Shown: positions 17,987 through 26,354 of the stretch, piece after piece | Position numbering within the stretch: position 1 is the first letter of the stretch | Layout of the letters: each line of letters opens with the position of its first letter | NCBI GenBank assembly: GCA_001593865.1 | Contig: LUCB01000001.1 | Span: 23,670 to 87,669 of the forward strand | DNA from: Candidatus Bathyarchaeota archaeon B24 | GTDB taxonomy: Archaea > Thermoproteota > CALKCG01 > B24 | Direction of reading: 5' to 3' | Length of the DNA stretch: 64,000 bases | Notes under the pieces: generated by a model | Seen by the model: only the letters and a program-made list of their open reading frames with translations | The model's database searches: none | What the model was told of the DNA's origin: nothing | Position numbers and translations under genes: made by a program

Positions 17987-19225
17987 ATGGCTAGGTTGGC
18001 TTTAATGGGTGGTCCTAGGGAGGCGGAGAGGCTTAAGGAGCTTGTTCCGCCTTGGCCTATCTACGATGAGGAAGATGAGAAGGCTGTAGTGGAGGTCGTT
18101 AGGAGTAGACGGTGGTGTAGGCTTTACCCCGGTTCTAAAGCTGAAGTTTTTGAGAGGATGTTTTCAGAGTATCATCAGGCTAAGTATGGGATAGCTGTGG
18201 CAAACGGGACCGTGGCTCTGGAACTAGCCCTTAAAACCGTTGGAGTAGGTATAGGTGATAAGGTTATAGTGCCGGCTGTGACGTTTATAGCCACGGCCTC
18301 AGCCGTGAGCGAGGTGGGGGCTATACCGGTCTTCGCAGACATAGACCCTGAGACCGCGACCATAAGTGCGAAATCCATAGAGGAGAACATAGACAAGAAA
18401 ACTAAGGCCGTTATAGGTGTTCACTATGCAGGCTACCCCATAAACTTCGACGAAATTCTTCCAATAGTGGAGGAATACGATCTAGCACTGATAGAGGATG
18501 CGGCCCACGCCCACGGCTCAGAGTGGAGAGGCCGTAAAGTCGGGGCGATCGGAGATATGGGAGGGTTCAGCCTGCAGGAGAGTAAAACCCTGACGGCTGG
18601 AGAGGGAGGGATTGTTTTAACGAACTACGATGAGCTTGCCGAGCGGGCTAGGCTCATCCATAACATAGGTAGGGTTCTCGGTAAGCCGGGGTATATGCAC
18701 TTCATCCTAAGCTCGAACTACAGGCTTTCGGAGATACAGGCTGGTCTACTGATATCGCAGATGAGGAGGCTTAGAGGACATGTTGAACTTAAACACGATA
18801 CAGGAGAGTACTTGGCTTCTAAGCTTAGAAAAATAGGAGGTGTTGAACCTCTTAAGAGAGATCCAAGAGTTACTAAGAGGGGCTACTACTTCTTCGTAAT
18901 AAGATACTACCCTGAAGAGTTCCAAGGCCTTCCGAAGAAGACGTTCATAGAAGCCTTAAATGCTGAAGGTGTACCTGCAGGTACTGGATACGGTATGCCT
19001 TTATACAAACAACCAGCATTTAAGAGGGAAAACCTTAGAGAAATATTCCCGGAAAACTGGAAAATACCAGACTATGAAAATCTAAGCCTTCTAGGTGCAG
19101 AAGAGTACTGTAGAAGAGAAATAACTTTACCACATCAAATCCTCCTAGGAGGAAGAGAAGCAGCAGACCTCGTAGTAGCGGCTATAGAGAAGATAAAGAA
19201 AAACGTGGATGAACTTTTAAAGTAA
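17987..19225 (+). CDS. DegT/DnrJ/EryC1/StrS-family PLP-dependent sugar aminotransferase/dehydratase
   Basis: The ORF track starts at 17957. The alignment with the paralog at 19261..20481 begins near MARLALMGGP (ATG 17987). VANGTVALELALKTVGVGIGDKVIVPAVTFIATASAV is the DegT signature region. Confidence 0.8.
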   Translation: MARLALMGGPREAERLKELVPPWPIYDEEDEKAVVEVVRSRRWCRLYPGSKAEVFERMFSEYHQAKYGIAVANGTVALELALKTVGVGIGDKVIVPAVTFIATASAVSEVGAIPVFADIDPETATISAKSIEENIDKKTKAVIGVHYAGYPINFDEILPIVEEYDLALIEDAAHAHGSEWRGRKVGAIGDMGGFSLQESKTLTAGEGGIVLTNYDELAERARLIHNIGRVLGKPGYMHFILSSNYRLSEIQAGLLISQMRRLRGHVELKHDTGEYLASKLRKIGGVEPLKRDPRVTKRGYYFFVIRYYPEEFQGLPKKTFIEALNAEGVPAGTGYGMPLYKQPAFKRENLREIFPENWKIPDYENLSLLGAEEYCRREITLPHQILLGGREAADLVVAAIEKIKKNVDELLK

Positions 19226-19260
19226 GGTAAACTACCCTTCATTATTTTAATAGCTGAAAT

Positions 19261-20481
19261 CTACAGTTCATCAGCATATTTCTGTATTTTAATTATCGCC
19301 TCGGCTATATCGTCCATGTCTTTCTCGGTTGCTAGGAAGATGTTCTGAGGAAGTTCAACGAGCTCTTTATAGTATGCTTTAACGGATACTGGGTATCTCT
19401 CTTCAGCCTTATCCCTCTCCTCGACGTAAAGCCTGTAAGCCTTCGTACCTTTCAAGGGCCTAAGAGACTCGTGAAGCGGTGGCTCAGTCCTCCAGCATGG
19501 TATGCCCTCTGCGTTTAAAGCCTCTATGAAACGCTCCAACGAAGTATTTCGGAAGAAGCTCGAGTCGTATTTAAACGCGTATGGCCAAGGCTGATGTCTG
19601 GTTAACCGAGGGTCTACTTTAACGGGTGTAATGCCCTCTATCTCCATAAGCCTTTTGGATAAGTACTCGCTGTTTTTCTGTCTTGTTTTGAGCTGCTCTT
19701 CAAACCTATCGAGCTGTGCTAAGAGGACAGCAGCTTGGAACTGGGTCATCCTATAGTTAAACCAGTTTAGCACACCTTCACTATACTTATCACCTTTTCT
19801 AACTCTCCCGCAGTCTTTAATAGCGTGACACTTCTCCTTATATTCTTCACTATTCGTTACTATCATTCCACCTTCACCTGCAGTCATGAACTTCCCCTGC
19901 TGAAAGCTGAAACAGCCCATATCGCCTATAGAACCGGCAGACTTATCTCCCCACATGAAGCCATGTCCTCTAGCGCAATCCTCTATGATCACGAGGCCGT
20001 GTTCTTTAGCAAACTTAACCAGCTTATCCATATCCGGGGCTGTTCCATAGTTGTATACTGGAATTATGGCTTTAGTCTTATCCGTAACCGCTTCCTCAGC
20101 CTTACCCACGTCTAAGCAACATGTTTCAGGGTCGACATCGACAACTATTGGTGTAGCACCTGTCATGAGAACCGCACTTCCAGTAGCCCAAAACGTTAAA
20201 TCAGGAACAATAACCTCATCACCTTCACCTATACCCGCAGCGAGTAGAGCCACGTGTAATGCGATCGTTCCGTTGGCCACACATATGCCATATCTGCATC
20301 CATGGTATCTCGCAAACCTTCTCTCGAACTCAGCTTCCCAAGGACCGCTACCAGCAACCCCACCTCCCCAGTATCGGCTTCGGACAACATCCTCCAAAGC
20401 CTTAATTTCACGCTCATCATAAACAGGCCACTGAGGCCACCTCTTAACCCTAACAGGTCTACCACCTTTAATAGCTAACAC
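19261..20481 (-). CDS. DegT/DnrJ-family PLP-dependent sugar aminotransferase (paralog)
   Basis: 406 aa. CVANGTIALHVALLAAGIGEGDEVIVPDLTFWATGSAV. Convergent with the preceding paralog. Confidence 0.8.
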   Translation of the reverse strand: MLAIKGGRPVRVKRWPQWPVYDEREIKALEDVVRSRYWGGGVAGSGPWEAEFERRFARYHGCRYGICVANGTIALHVALLAAGIGEGDEVIVPDLTFWATGSAVLMTGATPIVVDVDPETCCLDVGKAEEAVTDKTKAIIPVYNYGTAPDMDKLVKFAKEHGLVIIEDCARGHGFMWGDKSAGSIGDMGCFSFQQGKFMTAGEGGMIVTNSEEYKEKCHAIKDCGRVRKGDKYSEGVLNWFNYRMTQFQAAVLLAQLDRFEEQLKTRQKNSEYLSKRLMEIEGITPVKVDPRLTRHQPWPYAFKYDSSFFRNTSLERFIEALNAEGIPCWRTEPPLHESLRPLKGTKAYRLYVEERDKAEERYPVSVKAYYKELVELPQNIFLATEKDMDDIAEAIIKIQKYADEL

Positions 20482-20552
20482 AACTTACACCGAAAAACTC
20501 TAGAAAGTTAAACAATATAAAATTTACCTAGCTAATCATTCTATCATGCGTA

Positions 20553-20620
20553 TTTATTATATGCTGGGTAAAATGAAATTTCTAAGTGCATGCTACAATT
20601 TTAACCCGCCTTTATTATAT
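20553..20620. promoter_or_regulatory. two identical TTTATTATAT (TATA-like) elements 58 bp apart, in the 318-bp AT-rich divergent intergenic region
   Basis: Exact 10-mer direct repeat at 20553-20562 and 20611-20620. A T7 tract sits at 20631-20637. The region separates the divergent DegT (-) and tyrS (+) genes. Confidence 0.25.
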
Positions 20621-20799
20621 TTCTCAACAATTTTTTTCACTAACCGCACTTTCTCAAAACCTCATCCCTATGTATTCGATGTCCCAAACTTTCATAATGG
20701 ATAAAGGTCTGTTAAAGACATCTCCTTGGTAGAGAGCATGTAAATGTTTTTAAACCTGTAGGTTTTCTCCATGCTTATAGGTTAGAGGGTTGACCTGGT

Positions 20800-21882
20800 T
20801 TGAAGATCGAAGAGGCTGAAGCTTTGGTCAAGAGGGGGCTTGAGGAGGTTATAACAGAGGATAGGCTTAGGACTCTTCTAGAGGAGGATAGACGGTTAAG
20901 AGGCTATATAGGCGTAGAACCGTCGGGTTTGTTCACATTAGGATGGGTTATATGGGCTCGTAAGGTTAAAGACCTCATAGACTTAGGCGTCGACTTCATC
21001 CTTCTGCAGGCGACGTGGCACGCGTGGATAAACGATAAGCTAGGCGGAGACCTAGAGAATATAAGGCTATGCGCCGAGTATATCGAACACTGTCTCCAGG
21101 CTTTAGGCGTTTCTAGGGGCAGTTATAGGGTCGTCTACGCGGATGAACTTGTCTCTACAGGCGACTACTGGAGTATAGTACTCAGAGTCGCCAAGTCTCT
21201 GACGTTGAAGAGAGTTAGGAGGGCTTTAACCATAATGGGTCGTAGAGCAGAGGAGGGTGTTATGGACTTCTCTAAGCTCATATATCCATGCATGCAGGTG
21301 TCTGATATTTTCTATCTAGACCTTGACCTATGTCTTGGCGGTATGGATCAAAGGAGAGCCCACGTACTGGCCATCGAGGTCGCTAAAAGACTCGGTAGGA
21401 AGAAACCCGTAGCCCTTCATACACCCCTACTCATAGGGCTCGCAGGTTTGGGGAGGATGGAGGGAGCTATTAAGGGAGAGGCGCTGTATGAGTTTAAGAT
21501 GAGTAAATCCAAGCCTGAAACCGCCATATTTATACACGATACTGAAGAAGAGGTCGAGAAGAAGGTGTTGAAAGCCTACTGCCCTCCTAGGATGATAGAG
21601 AACAACCCGGTTCTAGAAATATGCCGTCTCATATTGTTTCCTGAGCCCGGGTTTAGGCTTAAGATAGAGAGACCGCTAAAATACGGTGGAGACTTAGAGA
21701 TCCAAAACTACGCCGAGCTTGAAGACCTATACTTTAAGGGGCAGTTGCATCCTCTAGACCTTAAAAACGCCGTGGCTAGGGCTTTGAATGAAAGACTTAA
21801 ACCAGTTAGGGATTATTTCAAAACCGTAAGCGAGGCTCGTGAACTCTACGATAAGATGATGAGCTTAACCGTTACGAGGTGA
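20800..21882 (+). CDS. tyrS: tyrosyl-tRNA synthetase (archaeal type) with a non-canonical HIGH motif
   Basis: 360 aa, collinear with archaeal TyrRS. GYIGVEPSG (Mj: YIGFEPSG), MQVSD (Tyr-binding Q/D), KMSKS, AYCPP, GDLEIQNYAELE. The HIGH position reads LFTLGW, not IHLGH. The following ADLHAY block reads ATWHAW. Confidence 0.8.
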   Translation: MKIEEAEALVKRGLEEVITEDRLRTLLEEDRRLRGYIGVEPSGLFTLGWVIWARKVKDLIDLGVDFILLQATWHAWINDKLGGDLENIRLCAEYIEHCLQALGVSRGSYRVVYADELVSTGDYWSIVLRVAKSLTLKRVRRALTIMGRRAEEGVMDFSKLIYPCMQVSDIFYLDLDLCLGGMDQRRAHVLAIEVAKRLGRKKPVALHTPLLIGLAGLGRMEGAIKGEALYEFKMSKSKPETAIFIHDTEEEVEKKVLKAYCPPRMIENNPVLEICRLILFPEPGFRLKIERPLKYGGDLEIQNYAELEDLYFKGQLHPLDLKNAVARALNERLKPVRDYFKTVSEARELYDKMMSLTVTR

Positions 21883-22343
21883 TATCGTTGAAGTGGAGCC
21901 TAGAGCGTATAGAGCTTCTCATAGATGTCCTTGACGAGTTATTTAGGGAGTGGAGGGATGGAGCATGCATAGTTGTCGAGGGAAGGAGAGATAGAGAGGC
22001 TCTTGAAGCCCTCGGTTTAAAAACCGGTGTCGTAGCGTTTAAGACGTTAAACTGTTGCATGTCGGATGCGATCGAGAGACTGCGCTATAAAGATAGAGTA
22101 ATTATCTTGACGGATTTCGACCGTGAAGGTGAGGAGTTAGCGTCTCGGATATCCGAGGTCTTAACCAAGAGGGGAGTCGACGTTAACCTTGAGCTCAGAC
22201 GGAAGCTCTCACACATCTTAAGAGGTGAAGTCAAAGGGTTCGAGGACCTCGGTCCTCTGCTCGATAGGTTATCGGCTAGGTTTAAGATCTCTCTAACTCC
22301 GTTTGCCGTAGGCTATACAAGACGTTTAGGGGAGAATCCTTGA
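21879..22343 (+). CDS. small Toprim-domain protein (COG1658/UPF0292-like)
   Basis: 154 aa. Toprim catalytic Glu in IVVEGRRDREAL and DxD in ILTDFDREGE. Overlaps the tyrS stop by 4 nt. Confidence 0.65.
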   Translation: MISLKWSLERIELLIDVLDELFREWRDGACIVVEGRRDREALEALGLKTGVVAFKTLNCCMSDAIERLRYKDRVIILTDFDREGEELASRISEVLTKRGVDVNLELRRKLSHILRGEVKGFEDLGPLLDRLSARFKISLTPFAVGYTRRLGENP

Positions 22344-23038
22344 AACGTATGTGGGCTTACAGTCCCCTCCCTGCCACAGACCTTCACACCCATAGCGAAT
22401 TCTCAAGATGCAGCGTAGACACAAGCGTACAAGGCAACATAGCTACGGCGGAGTTAAGAGGATTAAGAGCCATAGCTATAACCGACCACTCTTCTCACGT
22501 GAAGAAAACAGGCTTTAGAAGATATATTGAAACAGTCAGGGCAGCCGCCTATCGAGCTGATATAACGGTTTTAACAGGTTTAGAAGTCGATATAAGACCT
22601 GACGGGGAGCCTGAGTTAGGTAGAAGTCTGCTTAAGAAGCTGGACATCGTAATAGGTTCTCTTCATAAGCTCCCGAGGAGGGGGGTTTCTCTAGACGGCT
22701 ACAGGAAAACCGTTTTAACTGCCTTAAGAAAGAGTTGGATGAACATCCTAGCGCATCCGACATATGTGAACGGTCGCGAAGTCCATCTACCTGACTATAC
22801 AATCCAAGAAATATGCGACATAGCCTACGAGAATTCCATAGCGGTAGAGTTAAACTCACATCATAGAAGCCCTTCAGACGATTTCATCAAGGCTTGCGTG
22901 GATAGAGGTGTTAAGCTCACACCTACTTCAGACGCTCATAGGCTGAGGCAGATAGGGGTTTTCGACTGGCATCTCGAAAAGCTTAGGAGGCTTGACCTCT
23001 TGGATAAAGTCGTTTGGCTTCGTGTAGAAGACCTCTAG
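22340..23038 (+). CDS. PHP-domain metal-dependent phosphoesterase
   Basis: 232 aa. PHP motifs DLHTHSEFS (HxH), ITDHSSH, GSLHKLP, NSHH, TSDAH. Overlaps the Toprim gene by 4 nt. Confidence 0.65.
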   Translation: MKRMWAYSPLPATDLHTHSEFSRCSVDTSVQGNIATAELRGLRAIAITDHSSHVKKTGFRRYIETVRAAAYRADITVLTGLEVDIRPDGEPELGRSLLKKLDIVIGSLHKLPRRGVSLDGYRKTVLTALRKSWMNILAHPTYVNGREVHLPDYTIQEICDIAYENSIAVELNSHHRSPSDDFIKACVDRGVKLTPTSDAHRLRQIGVFDWHLEKLRRLDLLDKVVWLRVEDL

Positions 23039-23096
23039 GCTTTGCGTCTTCACCAGCCTCAGAGGTTTATAACCCCCTTCGGATATAGATTTAGAC

Positions 23097-25394
23097 GTGA
23101 ATAGAGAGGAGGCTCTAGAGGCTTTAAGGAAGTCCTTCGAGGCGGGGCTTTTTCTTAACCATAGGAGGCTTGTCTGCCTGGCTTTAAACGAGCCTTATGA
23201 GTATCTAGCCGATATTTTAAAGTGCTATGATGAACTTAACCCTAAGGATAAAACCTTACTTCTCGTCTCTGAATCTAGAAGAGAAGGCTTCCTATCGTCT
23301 ATAGAGAGGTCTGGCAGGTACATGGTTTCCCCCCTGGAATTCAGAGATATCGATGAGGCCTTAGGTGGAACTTACGACGTATTGCTTCTAGACCTTGCCG
23401 AGAGGTTTTCGGCCAATGACCTAGGTAAACTAGTCGAGGTGGTCAGGGGAGGGGGACTCGTTCTATTAACTACTCCCCCTCTTAAAGAGTTTTACAGCTT
23501 CATAACAGGCTTTCACGAAAGACTAGTCAGGACACCCTATACGATTAACGACCTTAGGAGAAACTTCGAAAAGAGGTTTCTCAGGAAGCTTACTAGCCAT
23601 AAAGCGATCTGGGTGCTTGACGAGGATAAGGGGCTTATGGGGTCAGAGTATATCCCGGCTAGGGTGGATAGGAGCGCGGTAAGATACGTGCGGTGCGATA
23701 TACCGGATGCCATAGTCGGTATGGCTGCGACCCAAGACCAAGTCGATGTCTTAGTGAGTTTCTCCAACCTTCTGAAGGATTCCCGGAGTAGGCGTAGGGT
23801 GTTCTTGGTTATGGCTAATAGGGGTAGGGGTAAATCGGCCGTCCTCGGGCTTATGCTTGCCAGTTTAACCGTTAGGAGGGAGTTTAGACGGTTCGACCGG
23901 ATCTACGTAACCGCGCCGACGATTAACAATGTTTTAACGCTGTTCGAGTTCCTCAGGAAGGGTTTAGAAGCTCTGGGTCAGAGGTTTAGAGAGGTCGAAG
24001 ATGAGTCGTTATCTCTGACCGTCAGAGGCCTTACGATTCAATATATCAAGCCCTTTGAGCTTATGACGAAGAGCGTCGACGTGGTTTTCGTGGACGAGGC
24101 CGCCGGCATACCACTTGAAGTACTATATGCGATCGTGGACAAGGCTAAGTTTTCGGTATTCGCGTCCACAATCCACGGATATGAGGGTGCCGGTAGAGGC
24201 TTCTATCTTAGGTTCAGGTCTAGGCTTAGGGGAGACCCATCCATAAGACTTGTCGAGATGAACATGAAGAAGCCGATAAGATACTCCGATGGAGACCCGG
24301 TCGAGAGCTGGCTTTACGACGTGCTTATGCTCAACGCCGAACCAGCCTCTCTACCGTTCAAACCAGAGGAACTCCCAGGTATAGGTCTTAAATACGAAAA
24401 ACTCGATACGGAGAGACTTTTCCAAGACGACAAGCTTCTTTCGGATTTCATAGGAATCTATGTCACGGCACACTACCGGAACGAGCCGGATGACCTACTT
24501 ATTCTAGGCGACTCACCTGGACACTATGCAAGGGCCCTTACGACCGAGGATGGATTAATACTCGTAGCGCTCCACATAGCCGACGAAGGCTCATTACCGG
24601 ATGAGGAGATCAAACTCATAGCCGAGGGCTATGCTCCGCCTGGAAACCTTATACCCTCTGTAGCTGTAAAATACTATACACCCTTCTCAGAGTTCGCGAA
24701 GCTTAGGGGTTTTAGGATAGTTCGAATAGCGACCCATCCCAGCCTGTTCAGGAGAGGATTGGGCTCTAAAGCCCTTAGGATGCTTGAAGAGGAGGCTTCT
24801 GAGCTGGGGCTTGATTGGGTCGGAGCAGGTTTCGGGGCTAGCTACGAGGTCCTATCGTTCTGGGTTAAAAACGGCTATATCCCGGTGCACCTAAGCCCTG
24901 TGAGAAATCCGTCGAGCGGAGAGTATAGTACAGTTGTGTTGAAGCCGTTGACCGAGAAGGCCTCTAAATTCATCAAGGAGATGAACTGGGAGTTTAGGCT
25001 TAGGCTGGTGAACTCGTTACAAGACCCATACTATCATATGCCTGCCAGGGTATGTAGGCTTCTTCTTACTCCATATCCATCGGACTACAAGCTTAAGCCT
25101 AGGCTCACAGAAAGCCAGCTTGTTAGGCTTAAGGGATACGCGGAGAGGGGTCTGCTCTACGAATCCTGTAGAGACGCCTTCTCAGAGCTCGTCAAAGCAC
25201 ATTTCCTAAGCTCCGGACAAGGTAGACTCGGTCTCGACAAAACCAGTGAGGAACTTCTAGCGGCGAAATGCCTTCAGGGTAAACCTTGGATGACCGTCGG
25301 AAACGAACTCGGGATGACGAGCATGGAGGTTAAACAAGCATGCAGAGGACTTGCCTATAAACTCCTTAAGTACTACGTAAACGTTGAACAATAA
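23097..25394 (+). CDS. tmcA: tRNA(Met) cytidine acetyltransferase TmcA (Nat10/Kre33 homolog; helicase + GNAT)
   Basis: 765 aa. Walker A VMANRGRGKSAVLG, DEAA Walker B-like VDEAAGIP, GNAT acetyl-CoA motif RIATHPSLFRRGLGSKAL. The length matches archaeal TmcA. Confidence 0.8.
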   Translation: MNREEALEALRKSFEAGLFLNHRRLVCLALNEPYEYLADILKCYDELNPKDKTLLLVSESRREGFLSSIERSGRYMVSPLEFRDIDEALGGTYDVLLLDLAERFSANDLGKLVEVVRGGGLVLLTTPPLKEFYSFITGFHERLVRTPYTINDLRRNFEKRFLRKLTSHKAIWVLDEDKGLMGSEYIPARVDRSAVRYVRCDIPDAIVGMAATQDQVDVLVSFSNLLKDSRSRRRVFLVMANRGRGKSAVLGLMLASLTVRREFRRFDRIYVTAPTINNVLTLFEFLRKGLEALGQRFREVEDESLSLTVRGLTIQYIKPFELMTKSVDVVFVDEAAGIPLEVLYAIVDKAKFSVFASTIHGYEGAGRGFYLRFRSRLRGDPSIRLVEMNMKKPIRYSDGDPVESWLYDVLMLNAEPASLPFKPEELPGIGLKYEKLDTERLFQDDKLLSDFIGIYVTAHYRNEPDDLLILGDSPGHYARALTTEDGLILVALHIADEGSLPDEEIKLIAEGYAPPGNLIPSVAVKYYTPFSEFAKLRGFRIVRIATHPSLFRRGLGSKALRMLEEEASELGLDWVGAGFGASYEVLSFWVKNGYIPVHLSPVRNPSSGEYSTVVLKPLTEKASKFIKEMNWEFRLRLVNSLQDPYYHMPARVCRLLLTPYPSDYKLKPRLTESQLVRLKGYAERGLLYESCRDAFSELVKAHFLSSGQGRLGLDKTSEELLAAKCLQGKPWMTVGNELGMTSMEVKQACRGLAYKLLKYYVNVEQ

Positions 25395-25504
25395 ATGGAT
25401 GATCAACATGTCGGTTTAATGGCTATAGTATGGGGGAAATTACTGGAGCTATCTATACTACCTCCAGGTTGCTTATTAAGTTTAAATACTACTAGCTACT
25501 AGTA

Positions 25505-26278
25505 TTGTGGTGTATGAGTATTTTTATGGAAAACCTGAGAAGAGATGTGAGAAAACGTGTGGAATCGGATAAAGTCATGTCGACAGCCTGGCTTCTTATA
25601 TATCTCATACCTGTCAGCTCGATAGTACTTCTAGTCTTTTCCCTGGCTTTGGCTCCGATAGCACTTCCTCCATGGGTTAAACCCACCGTGCCGTTCGCGA
25701 TCTCACTTACGATTTTAAGCACAATTTTGGGTATCTTCGCCTTCATAATCACTCTAGTGCTTCTCTATAAACTTGTTAACCGACGTAATATGCACTTCAG
25801 AAGGCAACTTCTTTTATTCGAGGATATTGTTAGAGCTGTAAGAGAGGCAGCTAATAGGAAAGGAGTTGATGTAAGCCTTCATCTAGGTATGTGTGAGCGA
25901 ACCATTAGGGAAGCTAAGGTCGAGGAAACTGAGAAAAACGCTGTTCTATGGGCTATTCTCTCAGCGATAACAGGTATAGCGGCGTTATACGTATACTATT
26001 TTCTCATGAAGGATTTCTATAGGCATGAGAGGAGGGAGGATGGTTTTCTAGAGGACCTAGGGAAAGCCCTAGCTGCATGCGGTATAACGTTCATACCTAG
26101 AAGAGACTACCAAATACCTAATAGAAGCTTCGTACTATACCTGATAATCACCATATTAACCTTAGGCATATTCGGGATTTATTGGCTTTATGTCCTTATA
26201 AAGGATCCGAACGAGCATTTCAAATATCATGTGATTTTCGAGGATTATCTGCTAAAACAACTTGAGACAACGGTTTAG
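25505..26278 (+). CDS. membrane protein with C-terminal DUF4234-like motif (GIFGIYWLY)
   Basis: 257 aa, multi-TM. TLGIFGIYWLYVLIK resembles the DUF4234 signature. The true start may lie downstream (MENLRR... or MSTAW...). Confidence 0.4.
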   Translation: MWCMSIFMENLRRDVRKRVESDKVMSTAWLLIYLIPVSSIVLLVFSLALAPIALPPWVKPTVPFAISLTILSTILGIFAFIITLVLLYKLVNRRNMHFRRQLLLFEDIVRAVREAANRKGVDVSLHLGMCERTIREAKVEETEKNAVLWAILSAITGIAALYVYYFLMKDFYRHERREDGFLEDLGKALAACGITFIPRRDYQIPNRSFVLYLIITILTLGIFGIYWLYVLIKDPNEHFKYHVIFEDYLLKQLETTV

Positions 26279-26354
26279 GAGAAATATGAGGGAATTGATT
26301 CGTAGTTTTAAATGATAAAGATGAATCTTTAAGCGCAAGGTAATATAGATAAAC

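Noticed and set aside
20562-20705. 47-aa ORF (MLGKMKFLSACYNFNPPLLYF...) in the AT-rich tyrS upstream region.
   Set aside because: Low-complexity, AT-driven composition, no SD or recognisable family. More likely promoter/UTR sequence.
22340-23038. PHP-domain protein considered as RNase P protein subunit Rpp30/p30.
   Set aside because: Rpp30 has a PHP-like TIM barrel but lacks the metal-binding His motifs. This protein retains the HxH, DH, H and DxH motifs of catalytically competent PHP phosphoesterases, so it is not called as Rpp30.
25395-25504. Possible C/D-box sRNA (ATGGATGA ... CTGGAG) between tmcA and the DUF4234-like gene.
   Set aside because: The C-box match is imperfect (UGGAUGA) and no proper D/D' (CUGA) boxes sit at the expected spacing. 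Insufficient evidence.
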